A stretch of DNA of 64,000 bases. Source: a virus. Its lineage: Duplodnaviria; Caudoviricetes. A model generated the notes under the pieces. That model worked only from the letters and a program-made list of their open reading frames with translations, did not search any database and was not told the DNA's origin. Below are positions 36,894 through 45,885 of this stretch, piece after piece. The stretch spans positions 10,782-74,781 of the IMG/VR virus record IMGVR_UViG_3300020577_007690. One strand, 5' to 3'. The position numbers were made by a program, and so were the translations under genes. The first letter of the stretch is position 1, and each line of letters begins with the position of its first letter.

Positions 36894-37288
36894 CAGCACA
36901 CCGTGACGTTGCCGACGCCGCAGTCCACATCGACACCGCCCGCGTTGATAGGACAGTTGAGGAGCTGTCCGAGGCGCTCTTGCTCGGCGCGGTACTCCCG
37001 CCGCAGATCCTTCAGGTAGTCCTCGCGGAGATCGAGATCTTCCAGCTTCGAAGCGATGAGCGCCTTGATGCCCAAAGTGCGCTGAAGCTCCAGGTTCTTG
37101 TCGAGCGCGCCGATGCACCCCTCGATGAAGGGGATGGCGGCCTCGGGGACGCGCTCCATGGCCCCGATGATCAAATACATGGGCTGGATGCTGATCGGGA
37201 TGCCCGCAGCGTACGCCTGCCCCTCGTTGACGAGGGGGTAGCCCATGTGGAACTTGATCTTCTGCTTCAGCGGTTCGGAGAGCGGCAT
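36893..37288 (-). CDS. Head-tail adaptor-like protein
   Basis: Small helical protein (KIKFHMGY); first gene of the neck operon; leaderless-type start. Confidence 0.6.
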   Translation of the reverse strand: MPLSEPLKQKIKFHMGYPLVNEGQAYAAGIPISIQPMYLIIGAMERVPEAAIPFIEGCIGALDKNLELQRTLGIKALIASKLEDLDLREDYLKDLRREYRAEQERLGQLLNCPINAGGVDVDCGVGNVTVC

Positions 37289-37337
37289 GGCTCGATTCTA
37301 CCATGCCGGGAGGGTGGGCCTGTGGCCCAGGAGGGGG

Positions 37338-38006
37338 CTAGCGGGTGGGGCCGTAGTACAGCTCGTAGACGTCGGGCGGGAGCTGCTTGCGCATCCGGTC
37401 GTAGCCCTGCTCACCGAGGTGCTCGACGCGGTAGATCTGACCGGCGCTTGCCGTCGTCATGCCGCCACCAGGCACCGAGACAGCGTAGTCCATCTTCATC
37501 TTGATGGGCGGACGCTCGCCGTGCTTCTCCTTGTTGGCCTCGTGCAGCAGCACTTCGAGCCTGCCCTTCGCGCGGGCGAGCAGATCCATGAAGGTGCTGA
37601 GCAGACCGTGGTCCTCGTCGGGCTTGATGGGCTCGGCGTCCTCGTGCAGGAAGCGCGAGAAGAGCTGCGGGAGCTGCGCTAGCTCACCGAAGCCGCTGTC
37701 ATCCACGACGCGGTTGATCTGATCGTCGAGGGTCGCGATGTGCTTCTCTGCTGCCGCGAGGTTGCTGCGCAGCGTCGTGATCTCATCCGCCTGCTGGTTC
37801 AGCTTCTCGCGGAGGAGGGTGTTCTCCTCCTCTGCGCCACGGAGGAGCTTCTGCGTCTCCGCGAGCTGGATCTGCGCGTCGGCAGGGATCTCGACCTTGG
37901 GCTCTTCGAGCGGTGGCTCCGGCGGCTTCGCATCCACCTTGGTCTGCTCGGTGCTCTCGGGCTTCTTGTCGTTCTGCTGCGGCTTCTTGTCGTCGTTCTT
38001 CGCCAT
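37338..38006 (-). CDS. Coiled-coil, charged protein of unknown function
   Basis: GAGGTG SD; heptad-rich central region. Confidence 0.7.
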   Translation of the reverse strand: MAKNDDKKPQQNDKKPESTEQTKVDAKPPEPPLEEPKVEIPADAQIQLAETQKLLRGAEEENTLLREKLNQQADEITTLRSNLAAAEKHIATLDDQINRVVDDSGFGELAQLPQLFSRFLHEDAEPIKPDEDHGLLSTFMDLLARAKGRLEVLLHEANKEKHGERPPIKMKMDYAVSVPGGGMTTASAGQIYRVEHLGEQGYDRMRKQLPPDVYELYYGPTR

Positions 38007-38450
38007 CAGATCACCTCGTGAAGAAAAATCATGGGAGAGAGGATATCACGCGCACCGTCGGACTTACGGCTTCTTTCGGCGTTAGCCACCCGTGCCTTCT
38101 GGCGCCCCGTGCGGGCACGCTCCATCCTCTCCCCCATGTGCTCTCCGCGGTCCCTACTACCCCGAAGGAGAGCCTTCACCAGTGACCCAAGCGACTGCTC
38201 GGCAGCATCCTCGGCGTTACGCGCGCCTCTACCCAGCATGCACACGACCATCTCCGGGGAGAGATCGGCGTACTGGACGGACACAAGGTCCGCTCGGAGA
38301 CTCCCACTTACTGCCGCCGAAGCGGCCTCCGTCAGGAAAGGCGCCGCACTCGCAATCGCTCGCTGGTGAAGCCGCTGTCGGACCCTCCGGGTCACAGATG
38401 CCCGACAGCAAGAATTGGTGAACACGAGAGGAAGCCTATAAGATCAGACC

Positions 38451-38798
38451 ATGAATGGCAAGCGCATGCGCCGGTCCGACGTCAAGATGCCCGGCGTTGG
38501 CCGAGGGAACAACCCGAACAGCCACAAGAAGTCGAGCAAGATCGTGCCCAAAGACTCTGTGGTCGCATACGCTCGTCTGGGAAGTGGACACGCTTCAGGC
38601 TCGCCCGCACATCGCGCCCACTTTGAAAATCTGGAGAAGCTGCTGCGCCTGACCTACGGGAGCGACAAGGCGACGCACAGAGCGCTCGCCAAGCACCACG
38701 ACAAGCTCTTCGATGCGGCAAAGACTGCGGGCGACGCGAAGGAGAAAGCAGCGCAGGCCAAGCTGTCGCTCATCCACGAGCACATCGGCACTGAATAA
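38451..38798 (+). CDS. Basic protein with MNGKRMRR...MPGVGRGNNPNSH leader, antisense to the late cluster
   Basis: TAAGAT-6nt-ATG start; His/Lys/Ala-rich. Confidence 0.7.
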   Translation: MNGKRMRRSDVKMPGVGRGNNPNSHKKSSKIVPKDSVVAYARLGSGHASGSPAHRAHFENLEKLLRLTYGSDKATHRALAKHHDKLFDAAKTAGDAKEKAAQAKLSLIHEHIGTE

Positions 38799-38836
38799 AA
38801 AAACAGCCCCCGGCGCCACACAGACACCGGAGGCTG
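38797..38836 (-). terminator. Intrinsic terminator after the major capsid gene
   Basis: CAGCCTCCGG/CCGGGGGCTG stem followed by T7 on the minus strand. Confidence 0.8.
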
Positions 38837-38863
38837 GGGGCCTCTGCGAAGAGGAAGGGAGGG

Positions 38864-40294
38864 CTAGCCAGAGCAGATCGCCATGCAGCGCTTGTAGCGC
38901 GCGGCGTCGCCGACGACGCCATCGGGGCGCGTCGAGTAGGCGGCGACGAACTTCCAGGCCATGCCGATCTGATCGGCGTGCCGGTTCTTGGCGGCCTGCA
39001 TGATGAAGCTGACGTCCTGGGTGTAGATCGTCATCTCGTCGACCGAGAGGCTCGCGTCGAACTGGCCGACGAGCCCGGTGACGCCCGCGTCCGTCAGGTA
39101 CTGGTCCTGCTTCTGGATGTACTCCTTCAGCAGACCAGCGCCGAGCAGCAGCGAGTGGAAGACCGGGTCGCCAGTCGGCGTGCCGTCGTTCGTGGTCTCC
39201 GCGCCGACCGGGTCCGCCTCGGAGTAGGTCGCCGAGGGACCGCCGACCTTGGTCGACCCCGCCGCCGAGTCCTCGCCGAAGGTCCAGGTCAGGTTGTTCT
39301 CCAGCCAGATGCAGCCGACGCCGATCCGCTGCACCTGCTCGACGAACAGGAAGAAGTCGGGCAGGTTCGCCAGGCCCGTCTCCGTGAGGCGCTGGAACTC
39401 CGGGTCCGCCATGATCTGGCTCATGGGGGTCGGGTCGAGGTGCAGGTGCCAGTAGCCGTCGTCGTGCCGCGCCACGTTCTGCTTGCGGAACCGGGTCGTG
39501 GCGGTGCGGACGTCGGCGAGGGTCAGCTTCTGCGCCGGGGTCACGTCGTCGATGCGGCCCGCGTTGCCGGAGCCCACGCGGTGGATGAAGGTCGCGTCGT
39601 CCGCCTTGACGAGCGCGCGGTCCGCCACGGTGACGGCGGCGCTCAGCAGCAGGACGCCGGGGCCGTAGATGTCATCGGGGATGTCCGGCGTGAAGCCGAT
39701 GACCGTGTTGGCAGTGCCGTTGACGGTGATCTTGAGCGGGTTGGTGCTCGACACCGGCATGTACTTGACGACGGCGGTGAGGCGCAGATCGGGGCGCCGC
39801 GCTGTCGTGAAGCCGTTGATGCGCGCGACGCGCAGCGACGTGACAGCGTTCTGCGCGCCGTCGGCGACGGTCCAGCCAGCCAGGGCCGCGTTGTAGAGCG
39901 GCGCGCGGCTGATCTTGTTCAGCGACTCGCCGCACTGCACGCCCAGGCTGTGGATCTCGACGAACAGCGTGTTGACGATGCTGTTCGCGGCGGCGACCAT
40001 GTTGACGTCCTGGGCGCCCTCGTCGGGGTACAGCTTCAGCTCGGCCTCCCACTGCTCCAGAGGCGTGGTGATGACCTTCGGGTCGTTGCCCGGGGTCAGC
40101 GGCTTGGCCGACGGACGGGCGCGGCCCTTGGCGGTGAAGGTGCGACGCTCGCCCGCGTGCCCCTCCCACTCCTCAGGCTCGCCAGCCTCCGCGCGCCACA
40201 TGAGGGCGGGCATGAGACCGTCGAGGATGCGGCGAACGAGGAAGCCCTGCTGGACAGCGGCTTGCAGCTCCGGGGTGTTCAGGATAACGGCCAT
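38864..40294 (-). CDS. Major capsid protein
   Basis: EQWEAEL...LGVQCGESLNKISRAPLYNA pattern of N4-gp56-like capsids; strongest codon bias; follows scaffold; own terminator. Confidence 0.85.
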   Translation of the reverse strand: MAVILNTPELQAAVQQGFLVRRILDGLMPALMWRAEAGEPEEWEGHAGERRTFTAKGRARPSAKPLTPGNDPKVITTPLEQWEAELKLYPDEGAQDVNMVAAANSIVNTLFVEIHSLGVQCGESLNKISRAPLYNAALAGWTVADGAQNAVTSLRVARINGFTTARRPDLRLTAVVKYMPVSSTNPLKITVNGTANTVIGFTPDIPDDIYGPGVLLLSAAVTVADRALVKADDATFIHRVGSGNAGRIDDVTPAQKLTLADVRTATTRFRKQNVARHDDGYWHLHLDPTPMSQIMADPEFQRLTETGLANLPDFFLFVEQVQRIGVGCIWLENNLTWTFGEDSAAGSTKVGGPSATYSEADPVGAETTNDGTPTGDPVFHSLLLGAGLLKEYIQKQDQYLTDAGVTGLVGQFDASLSVDEMTIYTQDVSFIMQAAKNRHADQIGMAWKFVAAYSTRPDGVVGDAARYKRCMAICSG

Positions 40295-40336
40295 CTATCT
40301 TCTCCTTCTATCGTGGGCCGTGCCCAGCGAATGGTC

Positions 40337-41401
40337 TTACTCTTGCTGCTCCGCCATCTGGCGGCGCATCGACTTGATGGGGGCCTGCGTCTGACCCCCA
40401 GCGGCCTGGCGGCCGAACTGCCTGGCGAACTCCGAGGCGACTTGCGCCTTGGACGTCTTCGGGTTCATCACCTTGTCGCGCGTGCTCGCCGCGGGACCGC
40501 CTGCCGCCGCCTTCGCCGCCGAAGCAGCGTCAGCGGGGCGCTCGTCACCCGCGCGCGTCCCCGTGTTGGCGGGACGGCGGGGGACCGGCGGCGCCGCCGG
40601 AGTCTCGGTCTCGGTCTGCGTGGCGCTCTTGAAGTAGTAGGCGGCGGCCTCGGGGTCCTTCTTCAGGGCGTCGAAGCAGACCTCCTCCCACAGCTTGAGG
40701 CCGTCGGGGGAGGCGTTCAGCTCCTCCACGACCTCATCCGGCAGCTCACCGAGGATGCGCTGCGCGTACGCCTCGACCTCCCGGATGCGGCTCTGCTTGA
40801 TGCCGAAGTGCTTGACGGCGAGGGTGCGGAACTCCTTCCAGCTCTCGTCGTGCTCGGCCTGCGCCTGGGCAGCCTGCTCCGCAGCCTCGCGCTCCTCGCG
40901 CCAGGACTTCTGCTCGTCGAGCTGGTCCTTCAGCTCCTTGAGCTGCGTCCCGTACTCGGCGTCGAAGACCGCCTTGGCGCGCTTCAGCCACTCCTCTTGC
41001 GACTCGCCTGCCTTGGGCGGCGTGACTTCCGCCGCCGCAGCCTGCGCCGCGTTCTTCGGCGCAGCCGGGGCGTCCTTGCCCTTGTCGGACGCGGGCGGTG
41101 CGAGCTTGCTCTTCAGCTCCTCGACGCTCGCCAGGCCCAGCTCCTTGAGCAGCAGCTTGGTGCCCTTCTCGCGCTCCGCTCGCTTGATCTGACCGAAGCT
41201 GCGCGTCGGGATGTGAACCATCCCGACGTCTGCCTCCGTGTCCGCGTCCGCGTCCACCTTCTTCGGCGGCTTGGCACGCGCCTGCTCGCTGTTCTGCCGC
41301 TGTCCCTCGGACTGGACGGTCGGCAGCACACCCAGCTCGGCGCGCAGAGCATCCTCGGATTCGAACCCCAGGGCCTTCAGCTTCTCCAGTGAAATCGGCA
41401 T
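40337..41401 (-). CDS. Capsid scaffolding protein
   Basis: Ala/Glu/Lys-rich helical protein directly upstream of the capsid gene. Confidence 0.75.
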   Translation of the reverse strand: MPISLEKLKALGFESEDALRAELGVLPTVQSEGQRQNSEQARAKPPKKVDADADTEADVGMVHIPTRSFGQIKRAEREKGTKLLLKELGLASVEELKSKLAPPASDKGKDAPAAPKNAAQAAAAEVTPPKAGESQEEWLKRAKAVFDAEYGTQLKELKDQLDEQKSWREEREAAEQAAQAQAEHDESWKEFRTLAVKHFGIKQSRIREVEAYAQRILGELPDEVVEELNASPDGLKLWEEVCFDALKKDPEAAAYYFKSATQTETETPAAPPVPRRPANTGTRAGDERPADAASAAKAAAGGPAASTRDKVMNPKTSKAQVASEFARQFGRQAAGGQTQAPIKSMRRQMAEQQE

Positions 41402-41502
41402 CGTCTCTCTCCTTCTCTGTGGTTGGCCTGACCCCCGAAGGGGTCAGTAAACCGACTGTGCTCCGTCGTCGAGTGTCGGAAGGGAGCTTCTCCTTCTTCG
41501 CT

Positions 41503-42327
41503 CTATCGCGGCTGCGGGCTGTTCCGCCCGATCATCGCCAGGTCGCAGGACGGGCCACCCGCGCCCCAGTTCAGGACGGCGTCGGTGACGGTGGTCGGGA
41601 AGATGAGGCGGCGCCCGTAGTAGCTGGTCGCGAAGCCCGCGCCCGTGACCACCGGCAGGGCGCCTCGCGCCGTCGCGACCTGGGCTGCCACGAGGCCCGC
41701 GCCCGTGTCGCCGGTCTTCACCGCGGCCACCGCCCACTGCGAGAACGTGGCATCGGCGTTGAGGGCGGCGACGATGTCCGTCGCCGTCTCGGTGGCGTCC
41801 ACCGTCGAACCGTCCGTCGTCTTGATGCGGAGGATCACCTCCTTGACGGGGTTGTCGTCGAACGGCAGGCTCTCGCTGTTCTCGTCGATGCAGGTGATGC
41901 GGCGGGGCAGGATGGCGGCGGCGTTGACGCCCGGCACGTACTGCGCGTAGCGCAGGGAGACGCCCGTCTTGGGCGTGATGGTCACGCCGCCGTTCGCCGC
42001 ACCGTCGATCGTCAGGCCCGCCGCGGGGACCTCGATGCTCATGATGCCGATGTTGCGCCAGAGCTGGCTCACCGCCGACGTACCACCCGCGCGCACGTTG
42101 ACGTTGGCGCCGGGGGTGCAGGGTGCGATGCGCGCCGTCGTGTCGATGGTGTCCAGGTCGATCATGTCGGCGGCGGCCGACGAGGACTGCGTGACCACCT
42201 TGCCGCGAACGCCCGCGAGCATGAGACCGAGCAGGCTCTTGCGCGCGATGTCCGAGAGGCGGTTGTCGGTGAGCGCCGCACCGCTGTTCAGCTCATCCTT
42301 GAAGGAGGGGACTGCTGCGACCGTCAT
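41503..42327 (-). CDS. Virion structural protein (possible head decoration)
   Basis: Ala/Thr/Val-rich; very strong codon bias; ATDIVAALNA motif. Confidence 0.6.
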   Translation of the reverse strand: MTVAAVPSFKDELNSGAALTDNRLSDIARKSLLGLMLAGVRGKVVTQSSSAAADMIDLDTIDTTARIAPCTPGANVNVRAGGTSAVSQLWRNIGIMSIEVPAAGLTIDGAANGGVTITPKTGVSLRYAQYVPGVNAAAILPRRITCIDENSESLPFDDNPVKEVILRIKTTDGSTVDATETATDIVAALNADATFSQWAVAAVKTGDTGAGLVAAQVATARGALPVVTGAGFATSYYGRRLIFPTTVTDAVLNWGAGGPSCDLAMIGRNSPQPR

Positions 42328-42713
42328 TAGCTCTTCTCTCCTAGCGTCACGTCACAGTAGACCTGAACGCCTGCGGGACGTTGAAGGGTCAGGGCGGTGT
42401 AGCCGATCGTCTTGGAGATGAGGATCATCTCCGGTTCGATGACGACGATCTGCGACGAGCCCGATTCACTGGTGAGGCGAGCGGTCACGTAACCACCGCG
42501 CACGGCGATTTTCACGACGTGCGCGGTGGTTACGCCACCGCCGAAGTTGATCGTCCTGGCGCTGTCCGATTCGAGCGGGATGTCGGACTGGTCATCCGTC
42601 GCCTTGCACACGATCTGGACGTTGGTTGGAACGCCGAGCGTGCTCTGCCCCGACGCCAGGCCAGAAGGCGGCTCGGCGGTAAGGCTGGCGGTGACGATGA
42701 CCCGTTTCGACAT
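42327..42713 (-). CDS. Small beta-rich structural protein
   Basis: Coupled to the downstream gene. Confidence 0.6.
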   Translation of the reverse strand: MSKRVIVTASLTAEPPSGLASGQSTLGVPTNVQIVCKATDDQSDIPLESDSARTINFGGGVTTAHVVKIAVRGGYVTARLTSESGSSQIVVIEPEMILISKTIGYTALTLQRPAGVQVYCDVTLGEKS

Positions 42714-42729
42714 GGTGCCTCAGCTCGGT

Positions 42730-42939
42730 TCAGACGTTGCCGAACTTGCCCTTGACGCTGTAGCACTTCTTCTGCGCGGGCGGCGCCTGCTTGAACGGGT
42801 CCTCCGCGCTGGTGTTGTGCTGGGTGAAGTTGGTCCCCGGCTGGCGACCGTAGATCGAGTCGATCGCCTCCTTGGACGTGACCTTGCCGCGACCCGCCGC
42901 GACCTCTCGTGCTCCGTTCGATGGCTTCGCCATGTTCAT
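42730..42939 (-). CDS. Small hypothetical protein
   Basis: AAGGAG SD; strong GC3 bias. Confidence 0.6.
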   Translation of the reverse strand: MNMAKPSNGAREVAAGRGKVTSKEAIDSIYGRQPGTNFTQHNTSAEDPFKQAPPAQKKCYSVKGKFGNV

Positions 42940-42965
42940 GCTCCTTCAGATGGTGCGATCGGGGA

Positions 42966-43754
42966 CTAGAACTCCAGCGCCCTGATGCGGTAGAGGATCT
43001 CGATCTTGAGTGGGCTGTTGCCCGTCGTGATCTCGCCGGTCAGCATGTGCGCCACGATCGCCGCGTTCGCGACCGGCTCGACGTTCGCCGCCAGATTGAT
43101 CGGGTAGGTCAGGCGGTGTGCGTCCGCGGTCGCGTCGAGGAAGCCCGTCGTCTCGATGGCGGTCAGCATCTGCGCGCCCGAAGCATTCGTCCACTTGAAC
43201 GAGATGTCTTCGCCCGCCGCGATGCCCGCGTACGCCGCCGAGTTGTAGTCGAGCCAGGCGTGCAGCGAGATCGGCTCGATGAACAGGCCCGCGCCCGGTG
43301 CGGCGATGAGGGTCTTCGGCGTCGCGTTGAGCGCGAGCAGCTCCGCCGACGAGATGGTCACGGTCGCGCGCTGCACACCGCCCAGCTCCTCGAAGACGAT
43401 GTTGCTGCTGCCGAGCGTGAAGCTTGACACGCCACGCGCCTTGAAGACCTTGTTCTTGTTGACGGTGCCCTGGCTGACCGGCACCACCATGTCCTTGCAC
43501 TGCGCCGTCGTCGCGGCGTCGACCGCGCGCGTCAGCGGCGCGGTGCCGGTGGCGACCGTGCCCACCGTGTAGATCCCGTTGGCGGTCTGCGACGCCTGGT
43601 CCTTGACGAGGAGCCGATCGCCCTGGACAAGCGTCACGCCGTCCTGGGTGACGCTCGCTGCGGTCAGATCGGAGATGGCCGCGGTGGTTGCCGCGACACA
43701 GGCCGCCTTGAAGTTGCCCTGGCCCGCGCCGTACTGTGCCTCTTGTCCGCTCAT
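42966..43754 (-). CDS. Head/tail fibre-like protein
   Basis: DGVTLVQGDRLLVKDQ...NGIY...RAVDA, a common phage fibre domain. Confidence 0.7.
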   Translation of the reverse strand: MSGQEAQYGAGQGNFKAACVAATTAAISDLTAASVTQDGVTLVQGDRLLVKDQASQTANGIYTVGTVATGTAPLTRAVDAATTAQCKDMVVPVSQGTVNKNKVFKARGVSSFTLGSSNIVFEELGGVQRATVTISSAELLALNATPKTLIAAPGAGLFIEPISLHAWLDYNSAAYAGIAAGEDISFKWTNASGAQMLTAIETTGFLDATADAHRLTYPINLAANVEPVANAAIVAHMLTGEITTGNSPLKIEILYRIRALEF

Positions 43755-43768
43755 GTGCGTTCAGCTCC

Positions 43769-44353
43769 CTAGTTGTGTGCGGCGGAGGACGCCACGATGT
43801 CGACGGCCATGTTCCACTGGATGTTCGTCGCCGCCTTGCCCGAGACGCGGACGGTCAGGATGCTGCCGCTCACCGAGAAGGCAGGATCGGAGACGACGCC
43901 GATCGTGTCGACGTCCGGCGTCGGCGTGAGGGGCATGCCGACGTCGATGACAGCCACACCGCCCTCATGGTACGCCGACAGCACGCGCTCGTAGCGGATG
44001 TGCCCAGCGGCGTCCTGGTCCTTCGCGGAGAAGATGAAGTGCCCCGAGAAGTGCGAGTTCTCCGGGAGCGTCCACGTCCAGATGACGTCGCCGCCAGCGC
44101 CCGTCGTCTCGATGGACGCCTGACGATAGTCGTCGAACGGATCGTAGTCGTCGAAGCCGTTCGCTGGGACCTTCGACAGCTCGATCGTCTCCAGCACCAG
44201 CTCGGCGGGCTTCTTGTTCAGGCCCCCAAGGAGCGTCAGGACAGCCGCGACCTCATCGCGCAGGTAGCCGATGACACCCGGCTTGAGCGCCTTGTTGTAG
44301 GGGCGCGGGAGCGTGAAGGGCTCTTTTCCGTTGTAGAAGAACTTGGTCGGCAT
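43769..44353 (-). CDS. Structural protein of unknown function
   Basis: Start reassigned to ATG 44353 (TATCAT-6nt-ATG); strong GC3 bias only from there. Confidence 0.65.
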   Translation of the reverse strand: MPTKFFYNGKEPFTLPRPYNKALKPGVIGYLRDEVAAVLTLLGGLNKKPAELVLETIELSKVPANGFDDYDPFDDYRQASIETTGAGGDVIWTWTLPENSHFSGHFIFSAKDQDAAGHIRYERVLSAYHEGGVAVIDVGMPLTPTPDVDTIGVVSDPAFSVSGSILTVRVSGKAATNIQWNMAVDIVASSAAHN

Positions 44354-44448
44354 GAGCCGATGATAGGGGCAAATCGGCGAGAGATGCAAACGTTCAGTAT
44401 TGATCTCGTCATTTACCGTCGGTACGGTTCGCACCGAAAGAGGGACAA

Positions 44449-44661
44449 GTGGTCAAAATACCTAGCTTCACCATCGCTGATGCAACCGGAACGGTCATCG
44501 ACTTCGTGTCCCCTGACGATGGAAGGCGCTACCAGATCACGGTCCGCCTGGCAGTCGTTTCGATAACGGATAACGGATCGCAGGTGGATATGAACAAGGA
44601 CAGATTCAAGGTCGATGGGATCGTGAATATGACGGTAGAGGCGAAGGCGAAGGGGTCCTAA
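44449..44661 (+). CDS. Small antisense cargo protein
   Basis: GAGGGA SD; lower GC than neighbours. Confidence 0.45.
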   Translation: MVKIPSFTIADATGTVIDFVSPDDGRRYQITVRLAVVSITDNGSQVDMNKDRFKVDGIVNMTVEAKAKGS

Positions 44662-44897
44662 CAGCACTTCCCACGGAACTTGCTCTGCACCTCGTAGTAG
44701 GGGCACAGCAGACAATACTTGCGGCACGTCTGCATCTCGCACGTCGGATACTTGTTCGGGTACGGCTTGACCCAACTGTCGCAGTGCCAGATGTCGCTCA
44801 TCATGTGGTCGCAACGAATGCCCTGTGAGAGGGCGGGCGCCGCAAACACGGCGATGAGCGACAAGCAGAGCAAGGCGTCGCGCAAGAACGAACGCAT
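44658..44897 (-). CDS. Secreted Cys-rich peptide (8 Cys in the mature part)
   Basis: Signal peptide ending PALS-Q; mature region ends in CC. Confidence 0.55.
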   Translation of the reverse strand: MRSFLRDALLCLSLIAVFAAPALSQGIRCDHMMSDIWHCDSWVKPYPNKYPTCEMQTCRKYCLLCPYYEVQSKFRGKCC

Positions 44898-45178
44898 CAC
44901 GGTTTCTTCGGCGGAGCGCGCTTGATCACGAGGAAGCGTTCGTCGAGAAGGTCCCCACGCTCGACGCTGAACTGGTAGCGCTCCTCCATCACCTTCAGCA
45001 CCTCCATGCGGCGGGCTCGCGCCGGGGCGCACACGCGCTCCTCCTCCAGCACGGCACGCGCCAGAGCGTCGCTGTCAGCCTGCGAGAGGCGATCGGGCGG
45101 GGTAGGGGCGCCCGCCTTGGTTGGCGAGCAGGCCAGGGCGAGCAGAGCACCGAGGAAGAAGATCTGGAGCCGGCGCAT
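44897..45178 (-). CDS. Lipoprotein (possible spanin-like)
   Basis: LLALA-C lipobox followed by a Pro-rich then helical segment. Confidence 0.6.
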   Translation of the reverse strand: MRRLQIFFLGALLALACSPTKAGAPTPPDRLSQADSDALARAVLEEERVCAPARARRMEVLKVMEERYQFSVERGDLLDERFLVIKRAPPKKP

Positions 45179-45498
45179 CACTCCTCCTCCACGACGAGAG
45201 CGCGGGCGGCCTCCAGAGCGGTCACGGCGGCGTTGTAGCGGACGCTGACGGAGTCGCGCGTGGCCCGCAGCTCGACCAGCACGTCTTCCTGATCGAGCTT
45301 GAGGCGCGTCTTCGCCCGCTTGTCCTCGTCCGTGGCGGTGTCGCTCAGCTCCGCTACAGCCAGATCGGCGACCCGGGTCGCCAGGATGGCTTCCGCAGCG
45401 GCAACGCCAGTGTCCTGTTCGGTCAGCATGGCTTCCAGCACCGTCTTGCGACGGGCGGCGAGGTTGACAGCGGTGTTTTTCTCTCTCAGCGTGGGCAT
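45178..45498 (-). CDS. Coiled-coil protein
   Basis: GGAGG SD; Ala/Glu/Leu heptads. Confidence 0.6.
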   Translation of the reverse strand: MPTLREKNTAVNLAARRKTVLEAMLTEQDTGVAAAEAILATRVADLAVAELSDTATDEDKRAKTRLKLDQEDVLVELRATRDSVSVRYNAAVTALEAARALVVEEE

Positions 45499-45552
45499 TC
45501 AGTACCTCCGCGAGCACTGTGCTTCAACGCGAAATGCCGTGTCAAGCGGTTG

Positions 45553-45885
45553 CTACGAGCAATGCCCTTTGACGCACGTCTGATCGACCTGGCATCGCGC
45601 GGCGCAGTTGCCGCAGTTGATCGGATCGTTGAAGAAGTCGACGCAACGCCCCCCGCAGCACAGCCACTGCACTTCGTCGATGCGCGTGACGCCCAGATCG
45701 GGGTTGCCGACCACGCCGAAGTCGTAAACGTCGGTGCGGCACGGCCCGCAGCCGCCGCAGTTCTGCGAATCAGACGCGAGCGGACCGGCCGTTACCGGAA
45801 CGCAGACTTGATCTGTAGGAGGAAGAGAGGCTGTGCAGGCAGAAGCAACGACCAGAGCGGGCGTCAGCTTGCGGAGAATGTGCAT
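45553..45885 (-). CDS. Cys-rich lipoprotein with myxobacterial/Stig1-like repeat
   Basis: VASA-C lipobox; DSQNCGGCGPC and CVDFFNDPINCGNCAARC...CVKGHC. Confidence 0.7.
   Translation of the reverse strand: MHILRKLTPALVVASACTASLPPTDQVCVPVTAGPLASDSQNCGGCGPCRTDVYDFGVVGNPDLGVTRIDEVQWLCCGGRCVDFFNDPINCGNCAARCQVDQTCVKGHCS

Noticed and set aside
38006-38425. 139-aa minus-strand ORF between the coiled-coil gene and the plus-strand leader gene
   Set aside because: Weak codon bias, no SD and no motif; probably non-coding or promoter DNA, although a real gene cannot be excluded
38978-41392. 804-aa plus-strand ORF, and similar long ORFs at 18664-20793, 27663-29783, 10922-12412, 30567-32069 and 24922-26355
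   Set aside because: Antisense shadows of strongly GC3-biased real genes; Arg/Ala/Gly-rich translations with no motifs or ribosome-binding sites
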